Shown here piece after piece: positions 1 to 14,700 of a stretch of DNA of 64,000 nt. The position numbers were made by a program, and so were the translations under genes. Below the pieces are notes generated by a model. That model searched no databases. It saw only the letters and a list, made by a program, of their open reading frames with translations, and had not been told where the DNA came from. Within the stretch, counting starts at the first letter, position 1. Each line of letters begins with the position of its first letter. The DNA lies in assembly GCA_964016885.1 (NCBI GenBank), contig OZ024740.1, forward strand, positions 28,582,001-28,646,000, read 5' to 3'. This DNA comes from Eledone cirrhosa. Taxonomy: Eukaryota.

Positions 1-3000
1 TGTGTGTCTACAGTGTCAACAGCTATCTTATATATGTGTCTACTGTGTTAACAGCTGTCTTATATATGTCTCTACTCTGCTAACAGCTGTCTTATATATG
101 TGTCTACTGTGTTAACAGCTGTCTTATATATGTGTCTACTGTGTCAACAGCTGTCTTATATATGTGTCTACTGTGCTAACAGCTGTGTTATATATGTGTC
201 TACTGTGTTAACAGCTGTCTTATATATGTGTCTACTGTGTTAACAGCTGTCTTATATATGTGTCTACTGTGTCAACAGCTGTGTTATATATGTGTCTTCT
301 GTGTTAACAGCTGTCTTATATATGCGTCTACTGTGTTAACTGCTGTGTTATATATGTGTCTACAGTGTCAACAGCTGTCTTATATATGTCTCTACTGTGT
401 TAACAGCTGTCTTATATATGTGTCTACAGTGTTAACAGCTGTCTTATATATGTGTCTACTGTGTCAACAGCTGTCTTATATATGTGTCTACTGTGCTAAC
501 AGCTGTCTTATATATGTGTCTACTGTGCTAACAGCTGTCTTATATATGTGTCTACAGTGTCAACAGCTGTCTTATATATGTGTCTACTGTGTTAACAGCT
601 GTCTTATATATGTCTCTACTGTGCTAACAGCTGTCTTATATATGTGTCTACTGTGTTAACAGCTGTCTTATATATGTGTCTACTGTGTCAACAGCTGTCT
701 TATATATGTGTCTACTGTGCTGACAGCTGTGTTATATATGTGTCTACTGTGTCAACAGCTGTGTTATATATGTGTCTACTGTGTTAACAGCTGTCTTATA
801 TATGTGTCTACTGTGCTAACAGCTGTGTTATATATGTGTCTACTGTGTTAACAGTTGTCTTATATATGTGTCTACTGTGCTAACAGCTGTCTTATATATG
901 TGTCTACTGTGTTAACAGCTGTCTTATATATGCGTCTACTGTGTTAACAGCTGTCTTATATATGTGTCTACTGTGTTAACAGCTGTCTTATATATGTGTC
1001 TACAGTGTTAACAGCTGTCTTATATATGTGTCTACTGTGTCAACAGCTGTCTTATATATGTGTCTACTGTGCTAACAGCTGTGTTATATATGTGTCTACT
1101 GTGTTAACAGCTGTCTTATATATGTGTCTACTGTGTTAACAGCTGTCTTATATATGTGTCTACTGTGTTAACAGCTGTCTTATATATGTGTCTACTGTGT
1201 CAACAGCTGTGTTATATATGTGTCTTCTGTGTTAACAGCTGTCTTATATATGCGTCTACTGTGTTAACTGCTGTGTTATATATGTGTCTACTGTGCTAAC
1301 AGCTGTCTTATATATGTGTCTACTGTGCTAATAGCTGTCTTATATGTGTGTCTACAGTGTCAACAGCTATCTTATATATGTGTCTACTGTGTTAACAGCT
1401 GTCTTATATATGTCTCTACTCTGCTAACAGCTGTCTTATATATGTGTCTACTGTGTTAACAGCTGTCTTATATATGTGTCTACTGTGTTAACAGCTGTCT
1501 TATACATGTGTCTACTGTGTCAACAGCTGTGTTATATATGTGTCTACTGTGTTAACAGTTGCCTTATACATGTGTCTACTGTGTCAACAGCTGTCTTATA
1601 TATGTGTCTACTGTGTTAACAGCTGTCTTATATATGTGTCTTCTGTGTTAACGGCTGTCTTATATATGTGTCTACTGTGTTAACAGCTGTGTTATATATG
1701 TGTCTACTGTGTCAACAGCTGTGTTATATATGTGTCTACTGTGTTAACAGCTGTCTTACATATTGTGTACTGTGTCAACAGCTGTGTTATATATGTGTCT
1801 ACTGTGCTAACAGCTGTCTTCTATATGTGTCTACTGTGTTAACAGATGTCTTATATATGTGTCTACTGTGTTAACAGCTGTGTTATATATGTGTCTACTG
1901 TGTCAACAGCTGTCTTATATATGTGTCTACTGTGCTAACAGCTGTCTTATATATGTGTCTACTGTGCTAACAGCTGTCTTATATATGTGTCTACAGTGTC
2001 AACAGCTGTCTTATATATGTGTCTACTGTGTTAACAGCTGTCTTATATATGTCTCTACTGTGCTAACAGCTGTCTTATATATGTGTCTACTGTGTTAACA
2101 GCTGTCTTATATATGTGTCTACTGTGTCAACAGCTGTCTTATATATGTGTCTACTGTGCTAACAGCTGTGTTATATATGTGTCTACTGTGTCAACAGCTG
2201 TGTTATATATGTGTCTACTGTGTTAACAGCTGTCTTATATATGTGTCTACTGTGCTAACAGCTGTGTTATATATGTGTCTACTGTGTTAACAGCTGTCTT
2301 ATATATGTGTCTACTGTGCTAACAGCTGTCTTATATATGTGTCTACTGTGTTAACAGCTGTCTTATATATGCGTCTACTGTGTTAACAGCTGTCTTATAA
2401 ATGTGTCTACTGTGTTAACAGCTGTCTTATATATGTGTCTACAGTGTTAACAGCTGTCTTATATATGTGTCTACTGTGTCAACAGCTGTCTTATATATGT
2501 GTCTACTGTGCTAACAGCTGTGTTATATATGTGTCTACAGTGTCAACAGCTGTCTTATATATGTCTCTACTGTGTTAACAGCTGTCTTATATATGTCTCT
2601 ACTGTGCTAACAGCTGTCTTATATATGTGTCTACAGTGTTAACAGCTGTCTTATATATGTGTCTACTGTGTCAACAGCTGTCTTATATATGTGTCTACTG
2701 TGCTAACAGCTGTCTTATATATGTGTCTACTGTGCTAATAGCTGTCTTATATGTGTGTCTACAGTGTCAACAGCTATCTTATATATGTGTCTACTGTGTT
2801 AACAGCTGTCTTATATATGTCTCTACTCTGCTAACAGCTGTCTTATATATGTGTCTACTGTGTTAACAGCTGTCTTATATATGTGTCTACTGTGTCAACA
2901 GCTGTCTTATATATGTGTCTACTGTGCTAACAGCTGTGTTATATATGTGTCTACTGTGTCAACAGCTGTGTTATATATGTGTCTACTGTGTTAACAGCTG

Positions 3001-6000
3001 TCTTATATATGTGTCTACTGTGCTAACAGCTGTGTTATATATGTGTCTAGTGTGTTAACAGCTGTCTTATATATGTGTCTACTGTGCTAACAGCTGTCTT
3101 ATATATGTGTCTACTGTGTTAACAGCTGTCTTATATATGTGTCTACTGTGTTAACAGCTGTCTTATATATGTGTCTACTGTGTCAATAGCTGTGTTATAT
3201 ATGTGTCTTCTGTGTTAACAGCTGTCTTATATATGCGTCTACTGTGTTAACTGCTGTGTTATATATGTGTCTACTGTGCTAACAGCTGTCTTATATATGT
3301 GTCTACTGTGCTAATAGCTGTCTTATATGTGTGTCTACAGTGTCAACAGCTATCTTATATATGTGTCTACTGTGTTAACAGCTGTCTTATATATGTCTCT
3401 ACTCTGCTAACAGCTGTCTTATATATGTGTCTACTGTGTTAACAGCTGTCTTATATATGTGTCTACTGTGTTAACAGCTGTCTTATACATGTGTCTACTG
3501 TGTCAACAGCTGTGTTATATATGTGTCTACTGTGTTAACAGTTGCCTTATACATGTGTCTACTGTGTCAACAGCTGTCTTATATATGTGTCTACTGTGTT
3601 AACAGCTGTCTTATATATGTGTCTTCTGTGTTAACGGCTGTCTTATATATGTGTCTACTGTGTTAACAGCTGTGTTATATATGTGTCTACTGTGTCAACA
3701 GCTGTGTTATATATGTGTCTACTGTGTTAACAGCTGTCTTACATATTGTGTACTGTGTCAACAGCTGTGTTATATATGTGTCTACTGTGCTAACAGCTGT
3801 CTTCTATATGTGTCTACTGTGTTAACAGATGTCTTATATATGTGTCTACTGTGTTAACAGCTGTGTTATATATGTGTCTACTGTGTCAACAGCTGTCTTA
3901 TATATGTGTCTACTGTGTTAACAGCTGTGTTATATATGTGTCTACTGTGTCAACAGCTGTGTTATATATGTGTCTACTGTGTTAACAGCTGTCTTATATA
4001 TGTGTCTAGTGTGTCAACAGCTGTGTTATATATGTGTCTACTGTGTTAACAGCTGTCTTAAATATGTGTCTACTGTGTTAACAGCTGTCTTATATATGTG
4101 ACTACTGTGTTAACAGCTGGGTTATATATGTGTCTACTGTGTTAACAGCTGTCTTATATATGTGTCTACTGTGTTAACAGCTGTGTTATATATGTGTCTA
4201 CTGTGTCAACAGCTGTCTTATATATGTGTCTACTGTGCTAACAGCTGTGTTATATATGTGTCTACAGTGTCAACAGCTGTCTTATATATGTCTCTACTGT
4301 GTTAACAGCTGTCTTATATATGTCTCTACTGTGCTAACAGCTGTCTTATATATGTGTCTACAGTGTTAACAGCTGTCTTATATATGTGTCTACTGTGTCA
4401 ACAGCTGTCTTATATATGTGTCTACTGTGCTAACAGCTGTCTTATATATGTGTCTACTGTGCTAACAGCTGTCTTATATATGTGTCTATAGTGTCAACAG
4501 CTGTCTTATATATGTGTCTACTGTGTTAACAGCTGTCTTATATATGTCTCTACTGTGCTAACAGCTGTCTTATATATGTGTCTACTGTGTTAACAGCTGT
4601 CTTATATATGTGTCTACTGTGTCAACAGCTGTCTTATATATGTGTCTACTGTGCTAACAGCTGTGTTATATATGTGTCTACTGTGTCAACAGCTGTGTTA
4701 TATATGTGTCTACTGTGTTAACAGCTGTCTTATATATGTGTCTACTGTGCTAACAGCTGTGTTATATATGTGTCTACTGTGTTAACAGCTGTCTTATATA
4801 TGTGTCTACTGTGCTAACAGCTGTCTTATATATGTGTCTACTGTGTTAACAGCTGTCTTATATATGCGTCTACTGTGTTAACAGCTGTCTTATATATGTG
4901 TCTACTGTGTTAACAGCTGTCTTATATATGTGTCTACAGTGTTAACAGCTGTCTTATATATGTGTCTACTGTGTCAACAGCTGTCTTATATATGTGTCTA
5001 CTGTGCTAACAGCTGTGTTATATATGTGTCTACAGTGTCAACAGCTGTCTTATATATGTCTCTACTGTGTTAACAGCTGTCTTATATATGTCTCTACTGT
5101 GCTAACAGCTGTCTTATATATGTGTCTACAGTGTTAACAGCTGTCTTATATATGTGTCTACTGTGTCAACAGCTGTCTTATATATGTGTCTACTGTGCTA
5201 ACAGCTGTCTTATATATGTGTCTACTGTGCTAATAGCTGTCTTATATGTGTGTCTACAGTGTCAACAGCTATCTTATATATGTGTCTACTGTGTTAACAG
5301 CTGTCTTATATATGTCTCTACTCTGCTAACAGCTGTCTTATATATGTGTCTACTGTGTTAACAGCTGTCTTATATATGTGTCTACTGTGTCAACAGCTGT
5401 CTTATATATGTGTCTACTGTGCTAACAGCTGTGTTATATATGTGTCTACTGTGTCAACAGCTGTGTTATATATGTGTCTACTGTGTTAACAGCTGTCTGA
5501 TATATGTGTCTACTGTGCGAACAGCTGTGTTATATATGTGTCTAGTGTGTTAACAGCTGTCTTATATGTGTGTCTACAGTGTCAACAGCTATCTTATATA
5601 TGTGTCTACTGTGTTAACAGCTGTCTTATATATGTCTCTACTCTGCTAACAGCTGTCTTATATATGTGTCTACTGTGTTAACAGCTGTCTTATATATGTG
5701 TCTACTGTGTCAACAGCTGTCTTATATATGTGTCTACTGTGCTAACAGCTGTGTTATATATGTGTCTACTGTGTTAACAGCTGTCTTATATATGTGTCTA
5801 CTGTGTTAACAGCTGTCTTATATATGTGTCTACTGTGTCAACAGCTGTGTTATATATGTGTCTTCTGTGTTAACAGCTGTCTTATATATGCGTCTACTGT
5901 GTTAACTGCTGTGTTATATATGTGTCTACAGTGTCAACAGCTGTCTTATATATGTCTCTACTGTGTTAACAGCTGTCTTATATATGTGTCTACAGTGTTA

Positions 6001-9000
6001 ACAGCTGTCTTATATATGTGTCTACTGTGTCAACAGCTGTCTTATATATGTGTCTACTGTGCTAACAGCTGTCTTATATATGTGTCTACTGTGCTAACAG
6101 CTGTCTTATATATGTGTCTACAGTGTCAACAGCTGTCTTATATATGTGTCTACTGTGTTAACAGCTGTCTTATATATGTCTCTACTGTGCTAACAGCTGT
6201 CTTATATATGTGTCTACTGTGTTAACAGCTGTCTTATATATGTGTCTACTGTGTCAACAGCTGTCTTATATATGTGTCTACTGTGCTGACAGCTGTGTTA
6301 TATATGTGTCTACTGTGTCAACAGCTGTGTTATATATGTGTCTACTGTGTTAACAGCTGTCTTATATATGTGTCTACTGTGCTAACAGCTGTGTTATATA
6401 TGTGTCTACTGTGTTAACAGTTGTCTTATATATGTGTCTACTGTGCTAACAGCTGTCTTATATATGTGTCTACTGTGTTAACAGCTGTCTTATATATGCG
6501 TCTACTGTGTTAACAGCTGTCTTATATATGTGTCTACTGTGTTAACAGCTGTCTTATATATGTGTCTACAGTGTTAACAGCTGTCTTATATATGTGTCTA
6601 CTGTGTCAACAGCTGTCTTATATATGTGTCTACTGTGCTAACAGCTGTGTTATATATGTGTCTACTGTGTTAACAGCTGTCTTATATATGTGTCTACTGT
6701 GTTAACAGCTGTCTTATATATGTGTCTACTGTGTTAACAGCTGTCTTATATATGTGTCTACTGTGTCAACAGCTGTGTTATATATGTGTCTTCTGTGTTA
6801 ACAGCTGTCTTATATATGCGTCTACTGTGTTAACTGCTGTGTTATATATGTGTCTACTGTGCTAACAGCTGTCTTATATATGTGTCTACTGTGCTAATAG
6901 CTGTCTTATATGTGTGTCTACAGTGTCAACAGCTATCTTATATATGTGTCTACTGTGTTAACAGCTGTCTTATATATGTCTCTACTCTGCTAACAGCTGT
7001 CTTATATATGTGTCTACTGTGTTAACAGCTGTCTTATATATGTGTCTACTGTGTTAACAGCTGTCTTATACATGTGTCTACTGTGTCAACAGCTGTGTTA
7101 TATATGTGTCTACTGTGTTAACAGTTGCCTTATACATGTGTCTACTGTGTCAACAGCTGTCTTATATATGTGTCTACTGTGTTAACAGCTGTCTTATATA
7201 TGTGTCTTCTGTGTTAACGGCTGTCTTATATATGTGTCTACTGTGTTAACAGCTGTGTTATATATGTGTCTACTGTGTCAACAGCTGTGTTATATATGTG
7301 TCTACTGTGTTAACAGCTGTCTTACATATTGTGTACTGTGTCAACAGCTGTGTTATATATGTGTCTACTGTGCTAACAGCTGTCTTCTATATGTGTCTAC
7401 TGTGTTAACAGATGTCTTATATATGTGTCTACTGTGTTAACAGCTGTGTTATATATGTGTCTACTGTGTCAACAGCTGTCTTATATATGTGTCTACTGTG
7501 TTAACAGCTGTGTTATATATGTGTCTACTGTGTCAACAGCTGTGTTATATATGTGTCTACTGTGTTAACAGCTGTCTTATATATGTGTCTAGTGTGTCAA
7601 CAGCTGTGTTATATATGTGTCTACTGTGTTAACAGCTGTCTTAAATATGTGTCTACTGTGTTAACAGCTGTCTTATATATGTGACTACTGTGTTAACAGC
7701 TGGGTTATATATGTGTCTACTGTGTTAACAGCTGTCTTATATATGTGTCTACTGTGTTAACAGCTGTGTTATATATGTGTCTACTGTGTCAACAGCTGTC
7801 TTATATATGTGTCTACTGTGCTAACAGCTGTGTTATATATGTGTCTACAGTGTCAACAGCTGTCTTATATATGTCTCTACTGTGTTAACAGCTGTCTTAT
7901 ATATGTCTCTACTGTGCTAACAGCTGTCTTATATATGTGTCTACAGTGTTAACAGCTGTCTTATATATGTGTCTACTGTGTCAACAGCTGTCTTATATAT
8001 GTGTCTACTGTGCTAACAGCTGTCTTATATATGTGTCTACTGTGCTAACAGCTGTCTTATATATGTGTCTATAGTGTCAACAGCTGTCTTATATATGTGT
8101 CTACTGTGTTAACAGCTGTCTTATATATGTCTCTACTGTGCTAACAGCTGTCTTATATATGTGTCTACTGTGTTAACAGCTGTCTTATATATGTGTCTAC
8201 TGTGTCAACAGCTGTCTTATATATGTGTCTACTGTGCTAACAGCTGTGTTATATATGTGTCTACTGTGTCAACAGCTGTGTTATATATGTGTCTACTGTG
8301 TTAACAGCTGTCTTATATATGTGTCTACTGTGCTAACAGCTGTGTTATATATGTGTCTACTGTGTTAACAGCTGTCTTATATATGTGTCTACTGTGCTAA
8401 CAGCTGTCTTATATATGTGTCTACTGTGTTAACAGCTGTCTTATATATGCGTCTACTGTGTTAACAGCTGTCTTATATATGTGTCTACTGTGTTAACAGC
8501 TGTCTTATATATGTGTCTACAGTGTTAACAGCTGTCTTATATATGTGTCTACTGTGTCAACAGCTGTCTTATATATGTGTCTACTGTGCTAACAGCTGTG
8601 TTATATATGTGTCTACAGTGTCAACAGCTGTCTTATATATGTCTCTACTGTGTTAACAGCTGTCTTATATATGTCTCTACTGTGCTAACAGCTGTCTTAT
8701 ATATGTGTCTACAGTGTTAACAGCTGTCTTATATATGTGTCTACTGTGTCAACAGCTGTCTTATATATGTGTCTACTGTGCTAACAGCTGTCTTATATAT
8801 GTGTCTACTGTGCTAATAGCTGTCTTATATGTGTGTCTACAGTGTCAACAGCTATCTTATATATGTGTCTACTGTGTTAACAGCTGTCTTATATATGTCT
8901 CTACTCTGCTAACAGCTGTCTTATATATGTGTCTACTGTGTTAACAGCTGTCTTATATATGTGTCTACTGTGTCAACAGCTGTCTTATATATGTGTCTAC

Positions 9001-11500
9001 TGTGCTAACAGCTGTGTTATATATGTGTCTACTGTGTCAACAGCTGTGTTATATATGTGTCTACTGTGTTAACAGCTGTCTGATATATGTGTCTACTGTG
9101 CGAACAGCTGTGTTATATATGTGTCTAGTGTGTTAACAGCTGTCTTATATGTGTGTCTACAGTGTCAACAGCTATCTTATATATGTGTCTACTGTGTTAA
9201 CAGCTGTCTTATATATGTCTCTACTCTGCTAACAGCTGTCTTATATATGTGTCTACTGTGTTAACAGCTGTCTTATATATGTGTCTACTGTGTCAACAGC
9301 TGTCTTATATATGTGTCTACTGTGCTAACAGCTGTGTTATATATGTGTCTACTGTGTTAACAGCTGTCTTATATATGTGTCTACTGTGTTAACAGCTGTC
9401 TTATATATGTGTCTACTGTGTCAACAGCTGTGTTATATATGTGTCTTCTGTGTTAACAGCTGTCTTATATATGCGTCTACTGTGTTAACTGCTGTGTTAT
9501 ATATGTGTCTACAGTGTCAACAGCTGTCTTATATATGTCTCTACTGTGTTAACAGCTGTCTTATATATGTGTCTACAGTGTTAACAGCTGTCTTATATAT
9601 GTGTCTACTGTGTCAACAGCTGTCTTATATATGTGTCTACTGTGCTAACAGCTGTCTTATATATGTGTCTACTGTGCTAACAGCTGTCTTATATATGTGT
9701 CTACAGTGTCAACAGCTGTCTTATATATGTGTCTACTGTGTTAACAGCTGTCTTATATATGTCTCTACTGTGCTAACAGCTGTCTTATATATGTGTCTAC
9801 TGTGTTAACAGCTGTCTTATATATGTGTCTACTGTGTCAACAGCTGTCTTATATATGTGTCTACTGTGCTGACAGCTGTGTTATATATGTGTCTACTGTG
9901 TCAACAGCTGTGTTATATATGTGTCTACTGTGTTAACAGCTGTCTTATATATGTGTCTACTGTGCTAACAGCTGTGTTATATATGTGTCTACTGTGTTAA
10001 CAGTTGTCTTATATATGTGTCTACTGTGCTAACAGCTGTCTTATATATGTGTCTACTGTGTTAACAGCTGTCTTATATATGCGTCTACTGTGTTAACAGC
10101 TGTCTTATATATGTGTCTACTGTGTTAACAGCTGTCTTATATATGTGTCTACAGTGTTAACAGCTGTCTTATATATGTGTCTACTGTGTCAACAGCTGTC
10201 TTATATATGTGTCTACTGTGCTAACAGCTGTGTTATATATGTGTCTACTGTGTTAACAGCTGTCTTATATATGTGTCTACTGTGTTAACAGCTGTCTTAT
10301 ATATGTGTCTACTGTGTCAACAGCTGTGTTAAATATGTGTCTTCTGTGTTAACAGCTGTCTTATATATGCGTCTACTGTGTTAACTGCTGTGTTATATAT
10401 GTGTCTACAGTGTCAACAGCTGTCTTATATATGTCTCTACTGTGTTAACAGCTGTCTTATATATGTGTCTACAGTGTTAACAGCTGTCTTATATATGTGT
10501 CTACTGTGTCAACAGCTGTCTTATATATGTGTCTACTGTGCTAACAGCTGTCTTATATATGTGTCTACTGTGCTAACAGCTGTCTTATATATGTGTCTAC
10601 AGTGTCAACAGCTGTCTTATATATGTGTCTACTGTGTTAACAGCTGTCTTATATATGTCTCTACTGTGCTAACAGCTGTCTTATATATGTGTCTACTGTG
10701 TTAACAGCTGTCTTATATATGTGTCTACTGTGTCAACAGCTGTCTTATATATGTGTCTACTGTGCTGACAGCTGTGTTATATATGTGTCTACTGTGTCAA
10801 CAGCTGTGTTATATATGTGTCTACTGTGTTAACAGCTGTCTTATATATGTGTCTACTGTGCTAACAGCTGTGTTATATATGTGTCTACTGTGTTAACAGC
10901 TGTCTTATATATGTGTCTACTGTGCTAACAGCTGTCTTATATATGTGTCTACTGTGTTAACAGCTGTCTTATATGTGCGTCTACTGTGTTAACAGCTGTC
11001 TTATATATGTGTCTACTGTGTTAACAGCTGTCTTATATATGTGTCTACAGTGTTAACAGCTGTCTTATATATGTGTCTACTGTGTCAACAGCTGTCTTAT
11101 ATATGTGTCTACTGTGTTAACAGCTGTCTTATATATGTGTCTACTGTGTTAACAGCTGTGTTATATATGTGTCTACTGTGTCAACAGCTGTCTTATATAT
11201 GTGTCTACTGTGTTAACAGCTGTCTTATATATGTGTCTACTGTGCTAACAGCTGTGTTATATATGTGTCTAGTGTGTTAACAGCTGTCTTATATATGTGT
11301 CTACTGTGCTAACAGCTGTCTTATATATGTGTCTACTGTGTTAACAGCTGTCTTATATATGTGTCTACTGTGTTAACAGCTGTCTTATATATGTGTCTAC
11401 TGTGTCAACAGCTGTGTTATATATGTGTCTTCTGTGTTAACAGCTGTCTTATATATGCGTCTACTGTGTTAACTGCTGTGTTATATATGTGTCTACTGTG
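1..11500. repeat. Satellite sub-domain 1 (rich in GCTAAC, TACAGT and GTCTCT variants)
   Basis: Private markers: 31-bp monomer CTTACATATTGTGTAC (~1757, ~3740, ~7323); the CTAATAG..ATATGTGTG..AGCTATC..CTCTACTCTG block (~1330, ~2737, ~3313, ~5232, ~6896, ~8815); GCTGACAG (~720, ~6286, ~9869, ~10765). The right boundary is approximate. Confidence 0.8.
3190..10317. repeat. Tandem duplication with period 3583 bp (112 monomers minus 1 bp)
   Basis: Rare variants repeat at +3583: CTATAG 4488/8071, TCTGAT 5498/9081, GCGAAC ~5517/~9100, GTGACT 4100/7683. Identical ORFs occur at 3651/7234, 5122/8705 and 5794/9377. Bases 1-1934 also match 5567-7500 (offset 5566). Confidence 0.9.
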
Positions 11501-11799
11501 TTAACAGCTGTCTTATATATGTGTCTACTGTGTTAACAGCTGTCTTATACATGTGTCTACTGTGTCAACAGCTGTGTTATATATGTGTCTACTGTGTTAA
11601 CAGCTGCCTTATATATGTGTCTACTGTGTCAACAGCTGTCTTATATATGTGTCTACTGTGTTAACAGCTGTCTTATATATGTGTCTACTGTGCTAACAGC
11701 TGTCTTATATATGTGTCTACTGTGTTAACAGCTGTCTTATATATGCGTCTACTGTGTTAACAGCTGTCTTATATATGTGTCTACTGTGTTAAAAGCTGT

Positions 11800-14700
11800 C
11801 TTATATATACGTCTACTGTGTTAACAGCTGTCTTATATATGCTTCTACTGTGTCAACAGCTGTCTTATATATGCGTCTACTGTGTTAACAGCTGTCTTAT
11901 ATATGTGTCTACTGTGTTAACAGCTGTCTTATATATGCGTCTACTGTGTCAACAGCTGTCTTATATATGTGTCTACTGTGTTAACAGCTGTCTTATATAT
12001 GCGTCTACTGTGTTAACTGCTGTGTTATATATGTGTCTACTGTGTTAACAGCTGTCTTATATATGTGTCTACTGTGTTAACAGCTGTCTTATATATGTGT
12101 CTACTGTGTTAACAGCTGTCTTAAATATGTGTCTACTGTGTTAACAGCTGTCTTATATATGTGTCTACTGTGTCAACAGCTGTCTTATATATGTGTCTAC
12201 TGTGTTAACAGCTGTCTTATATATGTGTCTACTGTGTTAACAGCTGTGTTATATATGTGTCTACTGTGTCAACAGCTGTCTTATATATGTGTCTACTGTG
12301 TTAACAGCTGTCTTATATATGTGTCTACTGTGTTAACAGCTGTCTTACATATGTGTGTACTGTGTCAACAGCTGTGTTATATATGTGTCTACTGTGTTAA
12401 CAGCTGTCTTATATATGTGTCTACTGTGTTAACAGCTGTCTTATATATGTGTCTTCTGTGTTAACAGCTGTCTTATAAATGTGTCTACTGTGTTAACAGC
12501 TGTGTTATATATGTGTCTATGGTGTCAACAGCTGTGTTATATATGTGTCTACTGTGTTAACAGCTGTCTTACATATGTGTGTACTGTGTCAACAGCTGTG
12601 TTATATATGTGTCTACTGTGTTAACAGCTGTGTTATATATGTGTCTACTGTGCTAACAGCTGTCTTATATATGTGTCTACTGTGGTAAAAGATGTCTTAT
12701 ATATGTATCTACTGTGCTAACAGCTGTCTTATATATGTGTCTACTGTGTTAACAGATATCTTATATATGTGTCTACTGTGTTAACAGCTGTGTTATATAT
12801 GTGTCTACTGTGTCAACAGCTGTCTTATATATGTGTCTACTGTGTTAACAGATGTGTTATATATGTGTGTACTGTGTCAACAGCTGTGTTATATATGTGT
12901 CTACTGTGTTAACAGCTGTCTTATATATGTGTCTACTGTGTCAACAGCTGTGTTATATATGTGTCTACTGTGTTAACAGCTGTCTTATATATGTGTCTAC
13001 TGTGCTAACAACTGTCTTATATATGTGTCTACTGTGTTAACAGCTGTTTTATATATGTGACTACTGTGTCAACAGCTGTGTTATATATGTGTCTTCTGTG
13101 TAACAGCTGTCTTATATATGCGTCTACCGTGTTGACTGCTGTGTTATATATGTGTCTACTGTGTTAACAGCTGTCTTATATATGTGTCTACTGTGTTAAC
13201 AGCTGTCTTATACATGTGTCTACTGTGTCAACAGCGGTGTTATATATGTGTCTACTGTGTTAACAGATGTCTTATATATGTGTCTACTGTGTCAACAGCT
13301 GTCTTATATATGTGTCTACTGTGTTAACAGCTGTCTTATATATGTGTCTACTGTGCTAACAGCTGTCTTATATATGTGTCTACTGTGTTAACAGCTGTCT
13401 TATATATGCGTCTACTGTGTTAACAGCTGTCTTATATATGTGTCTACTGTGTTAACAGCTGTCTTATATATGCGTCTACTGTGTCAACAGCTGTCTTATA
13501 TATGTGTCTACTGTGTTAACAGCTGTCTTATATATGCGTCTACTGTGTAAACTGCTGTGTTATATATGTGTCTACTGTGTTAACAGCTGTCTTATATATG
13601 CGTCTACTGTGTAAACTGCTGTGTTATATATGTGTCTACTGTTTTTAACAGCTGTCTTATATATGTGTCTACTGTGTTAACAGCTGTCTTATATATGTGT
13701 CTACTGTGTTAACAGCTGTCTTAAATATGTGTCTACTGTGTTAACAGCTGTCTTATATATGTTTCTACTGTGTCAACAGCTGTCTTATATATGTGTCTAC
13801 TGTGTTAACAGCTGTCTTATATATGTGTCTACTGTGTTAACAGCTGTCTTAAATATGTGTCTACTGTGTTAACAGCTGTCTTATATATGTGTCTACTGTG
13901 TCAACAGCTGTCTTATATATGTGTCTACTGTGTTAACAGCTGTCTTATATACGTGTCTACTGTGTTAACAGCTGTGTTATATATGTGTCTACTGTGTCAA
14001 CAGCTGTCTTATATATGTGTCTACTGTGTTAACAGCTGTCTTATATATGTGTCTACTGTGTTAACAGCTGTCTTACATATGTGTGTACTGTGTCAACAGC
14101 TGTGTTATATATGTGTCTACTGTGTTAACAGCTGTCTTATATATGTGTCTACTGTGTTAACAGCTGTCTTATATATGTGTCTTCTGTGTTAACAGCTGTC
14201 TTATAAATGTGTCTACTGTGTTAACAGCTGTGTTATATATGTGTCTATGGTGTCAACAGCTGTGTTATATATGTGTCTACTGTGTTAACAGCTGTCTTAC
14301 ATATGTGTGTACTGTGTCAACAGCTGTGTTATATATGTGTCTACTGTGTTAACAGCTGTGTTATATATGTGTCTACTGTGCTAACAGCTGTCTTATATAT
14401 GTGTCTACTGTGGTAAAAGATGTCTTATATATGTATCTACTGTGCTAACAGCTGTCTTATATATGTGTCTACTGTGTTAACAGATATCTTATATATGTGT
14501 CTACTGTGTTAACAGCTGTGTTATATATGTGTCTACTGTGTCAACAGCTGTCTTATATATGTGTCTACTGTGTTAACAGATGTGTTATATATGTGTGTAC
14601 TGTGTCAACAGCTGTGTTATATATGTGTCTACTGTGTTAACAGCTGTCTTATATATGTGTCTACTGTGTCAACAGCTGTGTTATATATGTGTCTACTGTG

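Noticed and set aside
125-130. TATATA as a TATA box or promoter
   Set aside because: It is present in nearly every monomer with no downstream gene, so there is no evidence for promoter function.
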